DNA of 64,000 nucleotides from Macrostomum lignano (Eukaryota): positions 42,111 to 106,110 of the forward strand of contig NIVC01003294.1 of the NCBI GenBank assembly GCA_002269645.1, given 5' to 3'. The position numbers and the translations under genes were made by a program. Below the pieces are notes generated by a model, which made no database searches, was not told the DNA's origin, and was given only the letters and a program-made list of their open reading frames with translations. Below are positions 22,767-34,784 of this stretch, one piece after another. Each line of letters starts with the position of its first letter. Position 1 is the stretch's first letter.

Positions 22767-25127
22767 TTGTTGCGTCGAGACAAGAGAGCCCTTAAAAGGG
22801 CCGTTTTACTACATAACTAATCGGGATTTTTCTTACTACTCTACTGTAAGTAGGCGTCAACGTAAATTTTACGCAAACAATTAATACTTTTTTGTGATGC
22901 CAAATTTATCGATCGTGCAATAATTCATGTTTGGATGCAAAATATAAGCGCGGGGCCGGTTGTCGCCCTAGTGGAGCGTACTTTTTGGCCGAATTCTTAC
23001 TTGCCTAATTATTCGCGGCTTTTCCGTAAAATCGATAAATTGTGGTATCGATTGTGGGATCGAGACACCACAAGTATGCCTGTGCGCATGACGGCGTACG
23101 TATCCGCGCGCTTGTGTTCTCACGCTTCAAAAAGAAGCATAGCTACTTAAAGAAGCACATCTCAAATATTACAACTAATCTCTGACAATTCGTGAAGATA
23201 AAAATAAATACTTAATAAACATTCAGAAAGCTGAGCTGTCATTTTGACAGAAACTGCATTAAATTCTAAAATCGATGTGATAAAATGTTCATGTAATAAA
23301 AGCAGAACTGTCCAATCTCAACCTCTATATTTGATGCAAATTGGCGCAGCTAGTCCGCTTTAAGTTTTCCCAAAACGGCATTCGCTTCCGTCGATCCTGG
23401 TTACTACGCCCTCGAGCATGAGACACCGCGAGGAAGAGCTTGCAAGCAAACTCGTAGGTAGCGTGGGTCCACTGATATCATGTACGAGCACTAGCAACAT
23501 GCACACTGTTCGCTTCCCTTTGTCTTTGCCCCGTCTATAGCTGGTTCCCCCTAATTAAGCTTTCGTGTATGTAGCAATTGTCATCACGTGACCTTAATCA
23601 TCTATCTGCCACTTTGCTCATTCCATCATTAATAAATTGTTGGTAATATTAAATTGATCTGACGATTTTGCCAAATTACACGGCCTGATAGGTATACAAT
23701 CGTATTATGAGTTGCCGATGTGGCTCAAAGTTGGACGAGGCCTCTCTCTCGCTAATTACTATTGAATTATTTACACTCAGCAACAGCTGTTAAAGTTTCC
23801 ACCCAAGTGATCTCAGGGTAATGCGATTTGCGTCACAAGGCCCTGTGTGCTTAGGCTGTACTGGTGAGGAGAGCTATTGATAGAATGGAGAGTTATGGCC
23901 TAATTGAGTTGGAATAAAGCTACCACGCGCAGTTCCAGTCCCAATAATGAACATCTGCCTTCGGGATGGCAACTTTAACACGTTGCTGAGTGTATCCGCA
24001 TATTGTTAATCCGAAGGGCTTAACTTTGAGCGTCGAAATGATAATTAGATCCTAAATGTACGAGTACGAGCGTAATCTTTGCTACGTAAGATCGCAGTAT
24101 TAGCAGTATCCGAAAGAGTCCATGCAGTAGTTGCCTGGTGACTGATTGAAAGCAAAAAACGAAGAACAAAATTTCTGGCTCATTGTGAAGAAGCTGGTTT
24201 ATTTTTACGTGTAAAATAAGAATCAAACAACTAAAAGACTAAAAAAGATTTATACTTTAACTATAGTGTAAGAATAGGTTAAAAGAAATCTTTTAAAGCG
24301 TTATACCGGAGACAATTCTGGTTAAAATTATATTGTTACGAGCTCGTTATTAAAATAAAACCAACTGTGAATATGATAAACGATAGCATAATGTATACCA
24401 GCGTATGTACATTTTAATAAGTAGCATCTTGACAAACGAAAAGCTCTGAAATAATGCTACCCTTTTAATTTCGAATTCGTCAAAAGTGAGTTCGAATTAG
24501 ACTTCGAAGTGAGTGAAATTCGATTATCAGAGTATATATTGCCGCGCCATCAACGTGTAGAGCTATTATAAATGAAAAAGGATAAGGAGGATTGCAAAAG
24601 GAGCAGAAAAGAGGGCCGTCAGGAAGACATGAGTAAGACATGAGGAAGACATGAGCACAGTTCACTTGTGACAGCTCAGTTGTTTGTCATAGCTATATAG
24701 GGAAACTATTTTTTGCACTCCAGATGTCAAATTCTGAGCGTCTGCCGTGTGTGATGATGAATTTCACTCACTGAGCATGGCGACACGCGTACACCTGTAT
24801 CTCAACGGACGAATTTCACTTACTTCGTTAAAACAGAAGTATAGCTAACTTTTTCTTACTCTAGCCTATAGACACTAGACGTGATGCTCCAGCTTTTCGA
24901 ACCCTGGTAGCGCTCGAGAATCAAATTGAGAATGCCTATCGATTTTTTTGAACTCACTTTTGACGGTCAATCGAGTTGAAAAGGTATTCAAATAATTCTT
25001 ACGCTTCATTACTTAAATTCATTGTTTACTTATATTAAAAGCATAAAATGGGCTTTTCACTTGTCAGTTTTGTCTTGCCATTTTGCAGAGACTAAATGTA
25101 CTCGAACATTTGTTGGTGGACAGGGCT

Positions 25128-28100
25128 TCAGGGCTTCCTCCCGGTTTCCAAGATGGTTGGTATCCGTGGCGCCAGATGGCCGATCCCCGAAGACGCAATG
25201 GCGATGCCAGTCAGAGGCAGCACGGCTGTCGTCCCAATGCCAATGGCAGCCAACAGACCCCCCACTTTGGAGACCAGTGAGCTCAGGAGACATTTCCATC
25301 GCTGGCGGTACTCATCTTCAGGCATTCCCGTCGTAGCTTTGCGGAATAGCAGAACAGAAGCTTCCACGACGCTGAAGCCAATGATAAAAACGAAACCCAA
25401 ACCTTCACACCAGAATGTTTTGCCATCAGGAACGGCTGGGGTAATGTCTGCAAAGAACTGAATAACTCGGTTGACTAACTTTGCGAACTTTCCGACGCCC
25501 TTAAAAGCGGATGTCGCCGTCAGCGCCCAGTCGCTGAGCTGAAGACTCGTGAATCGACCGTAGATCAGAAAGTTCACAAAGTGCTCGCAGTTATTAAACA
25601 GCAGCTTGTAGTTCCTTGCGCCTTGACAGTCCTTGAACTTCGCATCAATCTTTTCCCAGTCGAGCTCGGTGTTGTGCACCACCTTCTTCAGCTGACCCGG
25701 TCCAGTCACTCGAAGAAATCCGTTGAACTCGTTGATTCCCATCTCCACATTCTCAGCTGGAGCTTCGTAAGTCACGCCTACACCTGTGCACGACTCTGCA
25801 TCCCACTCGACAAGAATGAAGTGCACTCTGGTCACTTTGCCTTGCACCTTACGATATAGCACAATGTGATCGAACTGCTTCAGGCTGGAAGGCGCCACTG
25901 CATCCTCAAGAAATATGGACTCCCCAGGTCGTGAGCTAAGTGTGCCAAACTTGTCCAGCTTAGTCACAGCTTTCTTGATACTCTTCAGTTTTGTTCCAAA
26001 GAGCTTTCGAATGTCGCTGAGTCCCTCGTTTCGTCTTTTGCACTTCAGCCAGTGGCAGAAGTCGTGGCTGGTGACTTTGCTGCCACACTTCTTTTCCTTC
26101 CCTGTCCAACCGCGCATGTCATCGTCCGCGCTCAAGAAAGTGCAGTCCGTGAGCTGATCAATTACTTCGCTGTCGGGTATGACTGACTCAGAGGGACTGA
26201 AACCATCGTAGTTTACTCTCTGAACTGTCTCCTGCTGACTGATGACCAAGACTTCCTTCCTGACGGTCTTGAACTGGTGGTTGTTCTCGTACAAGCGAAC
26301 CTTTACTATGTCGTTGGAATCTTCAAACGTACTGCACTCTCGCATGATCGCATCGTGTGTATAAAAGTTTGGACTCTTGAGAAACTTGATGTGACCTCTA
26401 CCAAAGTTCACCAAGTCCTTTGCACGCTCGATGTCGATGCGGCATTGCTCTCGGTTGCTTCCGTGCTCAATGCTGCACCACCTGGCGAAGTCACGATCAC
26501 TGTTCCACAGAAAGTCGTGCTCTCGCTCACCAAGTCTTGACAATGCTCTTTCGACGACCTTGTCGGGCGAGTACTTTCTGCTTGCTTCGACATTGTAATC
26601 GATGAGGTGTACATGCTGCTTACTTTGTTCATCAATATCAATTTCCATACAATGAGTTTTTAATTGAAATTGCTGGGTTGAGACAGAAGGACTTAACACG
26701 AATGACATCAATTTGCAGACAAGTTTTGTACCGGTAACATTTTCTATAGCCGCCCCTTCTTGAAAACTCTTAGCCTTCTCTGCACCGCTTTCAATACTCG
26801 CTTGATCTGTGAAAACGGTTGGCATCGGAGACTCTGCCAAATCTTTAAAACCTGCGTTTGGTCTTCGATTTGGGTTCTCTACAAGTCGAGCAGTTTTTGC
26901 CTCTTTAGCGCTGTCACTTTCAGAAAAAGTTTCTATAACTATTGTATGTTTGAAGAAACCATACTTATTCCAAAAGCTTATCACGCGGCCTTTCTTTATT
27001 TGCTTAATGTCTGTAACCCTTGTGGCTTTGTAGCTGGGCTTCTCACGACCTCCGCCGTACAGCTCACAATCCTGGTGAACTTCGTTGTGAACGCACAGTG
27101 AAATGCGCTTTTCTTGTTTTAGAATACGGCATTTTAGCTCCATCAGTTCGCCGCTGTCGGTGGAATCTGGCCCTGGGCAGTACTGCACGGTGCGGACTCG
27201 AGTGCCCGACTCAACTGCTCTCACATCCCCACATAACCAAAAACCTCGCCTCCACATCGGGGCGATACCGCCCGGCGATTCGTCTAAACATCGCCGAGCG
27301 ATCGCCCTCATCTCGCCGAAATATCGCGGCTGTCCGCAGGGGCGATATCGTCCCGTATCGCCCGGCGATATCGTTTGGCGAGCAATTGGCGATGAATTGA
27401 CGATACAGTTATAATTCTTGTTTAAATGATAGCATTAAAAATGATTGAAAGAATCAACAGACACAGCTCAATACTGCAAATTTATTATTCCATCAGATAG
27501 CCTATAGCTTTCCTTTAAGTCGCTGGAGACGAAAACTCCACAAGTTCTTATAAATGCCTCCCGATTTTTGAATATATATTTTACTTCAAATGATGCTACT
27601 TACAGCAGCATGTATGGTGAAAATTCAGCTATAAATATGCAGCAGGCAGGGAGAGAAAAATATAATATAGGAGAAAAATAGCAATAGTTAGACTTGAGCA
27701 CTAAAGACTTTCATTTGACAAATATTGAAGACAAATGCTGGGCTGGTTGGCAATAAGAAAAAACATACATTTGACAAGTATGATGCATTCTTGTCATGAT
27801 GCATTCTTGTCAGAATCCTCGAATCTTTAAATGACTTAAATTCGTAACTTAATAAATTTTTGCCCTTTACAAAACCTAAGCCAAGTCAAAATGACACCCA
27901 TAACAATAAAATTTCTTGATAATACCAGGCTGGTATGAACCCGTCTCAATTTGGTCATGCTAATAGAATGACGGTCATGTCATTACATGACTTGAAGTCT
28001 AAGGTGAAAAACCCAGATGACTAAAAAAAACAAAATATTAAATATTTCCGACTTCTTTAACAAGCAATTCGACAGTAAATATCAGTTACTTCACAATGGA

Positions 28101-31100
28101 AAAATTAAATGTAACAAAGTAAAATTCCAGTTACTTTGACTTATCATGCTTGTGCAGAATATCACCCACATCAGAAGTATGCAGTTCAGTTAGTCACCAA
28201 ATAAGTAATTCAAAGGAACAGGAAGTCTAGAACTTTAAATTATTTACCACACTTTGACAGGATGGTACAGGAATGGGCCTCCCAGTCAGTCTCTGGAATT
28301 GAACCTTTGCTTCTGAGGACCTTCAGTCATTCATTGCTCACTCAAGGCCATTGGCATGTTGGTAGGCTGATAATTCATGCTTCGGGAGCATACTTGACAG
28401 ACTGGCCCCCAAAATTGAGATTGTAGAACAGCTGAAAGAAAGGATATAATTGCTTGCATAAATAAAGATGTGAACAAATTTTATTAATCTAGTAAAACTA
28501 GCATTTTTGGTCCAAATGATAAAATAACTAGGATAGTTTCATTTTATATCAGTTCATAAATTTGTAGCTATAGTCTAAATAGAGGTCTTTTGGTATGGAG
28601 AGTTCAAATAATGCATCCATTTTTACTACAAAAAATAACTAGGATAATCCTAATATCAATGCTAAGTACCATAGCTATAACCTGTATAGGGAACAGGGTG
28701 TTAGGCTAGGTAGAAGTATAATATAATATAGTATTAATATAGTATTAGGCCTAGCCTAATCTTTAAAAGAAGCCCACTTTTCTATTTAAGATAAATAGCT
28801 ACTATAAAATATATTAAAAATTGAGATCTAGTCAATTTGAAATGACTAGGCCTAGCCCTAGGGTAGCTAACCTAAACACCAAACCATGGCATAAGAAAAT
28901 GGCTAAGTCAAAAAATATAGATATGGAAAAATGACAATAAACTATAGCCACATATAGTATAGACTACTAGACCTATATTGTAATTGATCTTTAATAGAGA
29001 CTCACTGTTCTATCTAATTTCAAGATCAATGGCCATTATATTCTATAAAATAAGTTTCTAATTAGCATTTAACAATAAGTCAAAGTCTAAAATAAGTTAA
29101 CCTTAATACTTGGACCATGGGGAATATGGCCTATGGGTTATGGTTGGAAAGGCCTATTGTTCTATTCAAGAAGATCAATATCACCATTAATAGCTAGGTA
29201 TAAAAATTTCCACTTGTCAAAAATCCTCCAAAATCCTAAATTTTACATTAGTAGTAGTATTGACATTTGACAAAAGCAGTTTAAGATTTGGACATCAGCA
29301 AGTATTTTATACATCTGATCCTTAAGAAGTCCACAAAAGCTATCTTCTACTTGTAGAATATAGGCTGGAGCTAGTTTAGCTATTTAGAATTTTCCAAAAC
29401 CTAATCAATGCTAGATCAGGTTGAAATTGAAATGAACAATGAAGGAAATTTAAGTTAGGCCCTAATCAACTACATTGGCAGTTGGCACTGATCTAAGTTC
29501 AGTAATAGTTATAATTTCTCTAAAAGAGCCAAAATGCATTTGAATTCTAGAAATGTAATTAAAAGTATGCGTCTACCAACATTTCGAGGTGCAAAATTGG
29601 CATCTGGATGTGCAAAACAAAAGAAATCTAAAAATGAAGTGCTAAAAACACAGTTTGACAAAATAAAACTCTGAGCACTGGACTACTGTTACTATCTACC
29701 ACTATTTACCACAGTTTTTTGTTTCACAAATAATCTTGAGCGTAAGACATGTATAACATATGTAAAAAGGGAACATGCGATCTGATGATCTGTCTTAATT
29801 CGATCAAGACCTCTGACTAGTTGTGCAGCGTCATTTTTAAAAGAGCATACATTTAACGCGTATTTTATCAAATTAATAAATGAATTTTGCAGTCAGAAAC
29901 ACAAAGCAGGACAAGACGACAAAAGAACATATTTTTTATTTTCATATATCAAAACTGCAAATTTAACTTGATATACATCTTATTGGCATCAAAGTTTCAA
30001 GATGAACTTAAAAACAGCGCCAGCCAACCGCTAAAATATCGCGCCGCGATGCACGAACTTGTTTATAAGTACGGTACGATAGACCAAGAAGATAATGCTA
30101 AAACAGAAGAGCATCACTCGCTTGCAACTCACCATTCACGAAGTGACCTTAAATTGCGAATTTATAAGTCGAGTGGGCTAAAATACATGTGAATTAAGCA
30201 TGGATCGCATTCCCAACGTTGTTCTATCGCTCGGCGATGGTGCAATTATCGCCAAGGCATCGAAACTCAAGGTTTTGGCGATTTCGCAAGAATGCGCGCA
30301 AGATGGGCCAATATAGGTTTGAACTTCGTTTTAGTGTCTTTTAGACATATATATAGGACTTTAGAGGCAATTTCCTATCGTATTGATTTATCGCCGATCA
30401 ATATCGCTTAGATATTGCTTAGATATCGCCAGGCGAGATATCGCCTAATATTGCCACGCGATGGGGACGCAAGCCTTTGGCGAGATTCTTGGTTACGTGG
30501 GTCAGTGACCACTCGGTACACGCCGTTCAAGTGAATGATATCACCTGGCTTTAAGAGGCTAGGATTTTGTTTCCGAGGCAACACTTTGGGTTCACACTTT
30601 TTCTCTGGACCTTGCAGAGCAGCTCGTTTCCACTCATCGCCTTGGTGCTCAGTACTCAGCAGTAGCGAGCAAAACGATAAACTCGACTGCTCGGACACCG
30701 GATAAAGAACCCGGTCCAAAAATTGAGTTCGATCACTGAGGTTGATCTCCTTCTGATCCGGAACTGAAGTCACCCGACTGACGGGCTCTGTGAGCACGTG
30801 CTCACACTCGTGAACATATGGAATCCAGGCTGCTTTTCGGGTTACAATTGTAACCAGATACGAATCATCAAGGACCTGTTCCACATCTGTGATCTCTGCA
30901 TGAACTTTACCGAATGGACATTTGATTTCGATGTGATCACCTTCTTTGACAGTGTGGGTTGGGTGCTCATTCGACAGGTAGATTGGAGCCCGACAGCTCG
31001 GACGGTGAGTCGTTGATTCGACCTTGCACCACAAGGCAAACATTTTCGCATTGTTGGAGATTCCGTTGTGCTCTTCTTCATTGAGTCTGCTTCGAGCTCT

Positions 31101-31547
31101 CTGCAGCACTGTCTGAGACGGGTAGCAGCTAACGGGCGGAAACACTTGAAGCCAGCACTTTTCTGTGTTTAGTCTCAGGCTGAATTTCTGTCTGATTATC
31201 CTGTTCGGTGTGATTAAGTTCGATCGACCATAGTGAATGACGTCGATTATGATAAAGTCGGTTGGTGTGTTAGATTGAGTCCTGACGCCCTCAACCACAA
31301 CGAAGTGCACCTGCTTGTAATAGCTGAGCTCGACCACGTCTCCTGGCTTCAGCTTGTCCATGTTCTCCTGAGTGAGTCGGACCTTTCCTTCATCCTTGTG
31401 CTGGTTGTAGAGCTCCTGATCGCTTTCGGTTACCACGTGATATTCGTCGAGCATCGTGTTCAGCTCATCTTCAGCTTCATCGACTCCGCTCTGCTGGAGT
31501 TGCTCTGGTTGTGATTGACGGGTCTGCCTCTGCAGGCTACTTGCCAT
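25128..31547 (-). CDS. Multi-LRAT-domain protein paralog B, split by a DNA transposon into N-part 30502-31547 and C-part 25128-27227
   Basis: Both halves are open frames and align closely, by eye, with the 1058-aa ORF at 50480; breakpoint at RVVTD|VRAVES; C-part retains NNCEHF (~25578-25595) and the hydrophobic tail; 8-aa in-frame deletion (CPSFAVSF) relative to paralog A. Confidence 0.85.
27228..30501. mobile_element. Non-autonomous EnSpm/CACTA-superfamily-like DNA transposon (CCC...GGG, 2-bp TSD)
   Basis: TIRs CCCACATAACCAAAAACCTCGCC / CCCACGTAACCAAGAATCTCGCC (20/23); TC duplicated at 27226-27227 and 30502-30503 compared with the intact paralog; subterminal GCGATAT/ATATCGC repeats at both ends; no transposase ORF. 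Confidence 0.88.
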
Positions 31548-32219
31548 CTTTCTGATTTCTTTTTCTACAAGTTCAATACAAATGAATTTCTAGTATGCGG
31601 GAGAGTACCTTTTAATCAAAAGAAAATCTTTAAAAGCCGTGATGGAAGTACTTACGAATTTTTTAGTTAAAGTTCGATACAGCAGACGAGTAAGTTTTTT
31701 AAGGTTTTTAATACTCGTAGATTAGAATCTTACCTGCTTTGATGAACGTCCCTTTTTTGGGATCTATAGAATTCGAGAGCTAGAATTCGAAAAAAATCTT
31801 TTCTTTACACTTGACTTTGATACCTAATTTTTCGTTTTTTGCCATAATTATACACCCGAACAGTTTTGTGTTTTTTATAAGGTACTAAGAAAGACATCTA
31901 TGTACAACTTCTGCATGACATTCGTTGTGGAATCTGTGTTCAAGTTAGAGAGCGTCGATAACAACTATAAACTTATGAAGAGGAGCTGTATAATATGTTT
32001 TGTGTGCCTTCACCTTACTGCCCCTTGCTCCAGACTGTTGTCATAGAGACAAGCGTTAGCAGTTCTACCCCTGAGTGTACAATCAGATAAAAGGAGCGAG
32101 TGAAGAGAGTCGAGGGTAAGAAAGACTATTTTGGCTGTCTGTTTTTTCTGCAGCTCTTGCAGGCTACACACAGATTATTGCATTTTTCCAGCAGTTGAAT
32201 CACAACAGACTATACGGGA

Positions 32220-34233
32220 ATGTCGCAGCATTCCTCGAAGGTGGCTGTCAAAAGTGCAGCAGACGTTGGTGTTGGCGGCGAATTCACCGAACTGGAACGA
32301 GAAAAGACTGTCATGCTTGAGGAGCTTGTCACCCTGCGTTGCGACGATATCGCCAAAGTGGTGAGCGTCGCCTGAGTGTAAATGAAAGTTAGTGGAACTC
32401 AGCAAATATAGGGGCGGTCAGAGCTACGGCAAGGAGGCGCCTCGGTCCATCAGTTATTAATCCACTATGCGAAGAATGAGTTGTCTTTTTCCCCATATCA
32501 AAACTGGCCTGAGAAGCCATTATCCAGGCGGACAGAGTGTATCTCAGCAGTAACACATATGACTCGCGTCAAAGGACCTGGCTTCGATTCCGTCTGTGGC
32601 CACATTAATTTAGGGCCCGTGTACAAAGGCAAAAATCAATTCCCCTGTATTTTGTGTTCAAGCACCCTAAATGCCCTGAAGAAGGCTTGCACGAGTGTCC
32701 CACCAGCTAACTGACGAGTTCCACTGGTGATTCTGAGCTGCCATAAATTTTTAGGAAGTAGACCGTCCCTAGCGCTTGGAACTGCCTACTCGCCATACCG
32801 GTACGACCCTCACCCCTGTATGAAGCTGGTAAATAGACTGTATAAAGGCCTTGTCCCAGAAAGGCCCATCTGGATTACATTAGCCCCAGAAGTTGGTGCC
32901 ATGCTAGTGATGCTAGTGGATGCTGCAGTTGCATTCAACGCTTGGTAATGTGCACTCACTCTTGGAAGTCTGCACTCACTCTCACTACTGGGCCTGTTCA
33001 ACTCTGAGTGAAGGGTGGTTTTTGCATCTGCCGTAAGAGCCGTAGAGTCTAACGCAGCGCTCTGATTACATGTTCTTGCCTAAGTGTACATGCCTAACGA
33101 TAAATAAAGATAGGACCACTGTACACCCCTGTGTGAGTGTGTGGGGTGTACAGTGGTACGACTGCGTACGTATCCGCGCGCTTGTGTTCCTGCTCAGGGA
33201 GTCGGCGGAATGGGCAGCAATGCCTCTCGCCGGTTGTGTGACAATTTCGCTTAAAGTGCGCGGCAGCTAGGGTGCACACAGCCCCTGTCTCTAATAAAAA
33301 AGGGAAATCTCCCTCTCTGCACTTAATGGGCGCTTATTCAAACTCACAACCATTTGGCGGCCGGAGAGCCGCAGCTCATTAATGGTTGCATCCTTCCTAG
33401 CTGCTGGTCGACTGTTAAAAACTAACACATCACCCATATAGTGGACATGGTACTCCAAAAGATTTTAAGGAGTTTTTCCGCTTCACAAGTTCTTTGCATA
33501 CTAATCATGTTATTGCTTATGTAATATACATGTACGTTAACGACATTTTACTTGACTGTAGCAATAACTTTTTCAGAAGTATCACCCACTGTTGCCTATA
33601 ATTTCATTTCAGCTTGAAGTCGACGAGTCACTTATAACAGACTTGCGGCAGCGTCACAGTTCGAGTACGTGCTCAATAAAGTTAGTTGCTTACAATGTAA
33701 CTCAATAGTCAAATTTATTGTCCCTTTTGTCTTCAACTCCAGCCTGTTGCAGTATCTACGACGCTTGGAGTCAAGGCAACCAGGCGTTGCGACAAATGTA
33801 CAGCGCTTCGCAGCGGGCGCCTCGACTGCGACGCTTTCCAATGGACGAGGAAACATTCAAGCAGCAGCAGCAGCAGCAGGAAAAGGTGCTTCACCAGCAC
33901 AGAAGGCAACGTCTGCCACCAATTCGACCAAGCGCAGCCCAGATCCATCGAGTCATCCAGCCACCGCCGCCTCCGTCGCCAGAGACCCCCTTTTCTGTCG
34001 CTGTTGACCCGGAAGAAATTCGGGTTGATGAAGCTGCGGAGAAGATGCTGACAACCCTGGCTGATCAAGTAGTGTCGGAGAGTCTGTCCGCGGCCGCCGA
34101 TGCCGCTCAATTGCATCTGACAGCTGTTCGCTTGGTCGGGCTGACGGTGGAAAGTGCCCAGAGACGTCTGCATCGAATGAACTCATCTTCGTCAAATGCT
34201 TCGGCGTCGTCTAGAGCTGCATTTGATGGTTGA
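32220..34233 (+). CDS. Predicted 3-exon gene, ~229 aa, unknown function (polyQ/Pro-rich, two amphipathic helices)
   Basis: Exons 32220-32360, 33613-33680 and 33753-34233 join with GT-AG junctions in matching phase (690 nt, no internal stop); AATAAA at ~34419. Further upstream exons are possible. Confidence 0.55.
33030..33245 (+). mobile_element. SINE family A, partial or rearranged copy
   Basis: Shares GTGTACATGCCTAACGATAAATAAAG and GGAGTCGGCGGAATGGGCAGCAATGCCTCTCGCCGGTTGTGTGACAA with the copy at 9490-9780. Confidence 0.7.
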
Positions 34234-34483
34234 TGAGTCCACTGCGACAAGGAAAGCGTCGAAATAATAATTCCACAAACATGACTTCACGACCTAAATC
34301 CTTAAAATCTTTGATTTTGCAGATGTACAGTACATTTATAAGAAGAAGACTTTGCCACCATTTGAACAGCTTGTTGTTTTATCTCTTTTGCCCTACATGT
34401 ACTTGCTTTTGACAATTTAATAAATGGCAAGTTAAGAAAAAAATAAACGAAAAGGAGCAAAATAGTCTATTAATAATAGAATT

Positions 34484-34578
<95 letters not shown>
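34484..34578. repeat. (CTGT)n microsatellite
   Basis: About 23 perfect tetranucleotide units. Confidence 0.97.
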
Positions 34579-34580
<2 letters not shown>

Positions 34581-34784
34581 GACTCTCAGCGTAGATAGAG
34601 ATTATAGGGGTGGGTGCCGCACTGACTCACACAGAGAGAGAGAGCTAAATTGGATAACTCAAACCCCGACGCTGGGGTGGTAAGGGTGAACTTGAACTAA
34701 AAAGAGCTACTTAGTGGTGGCCAATGCCATAAGTAATAGATCAAGTAATGACTAAGCTAAGCTATCTGAAATCACCCCCCTGAG

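Larger units (their letters stand above)
13021..24436. repeat. Near-identical 5.44-kb direct duplication (13021-18459 vs 18997-24436) bracketing an N gap; probably an assembly overlap
   Basis: Copy 1 ends exactly at the gap start and copy 2 starts exactly at the gap end; the differences seen are mostly 1-bp indels. Confidence 0.9.
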
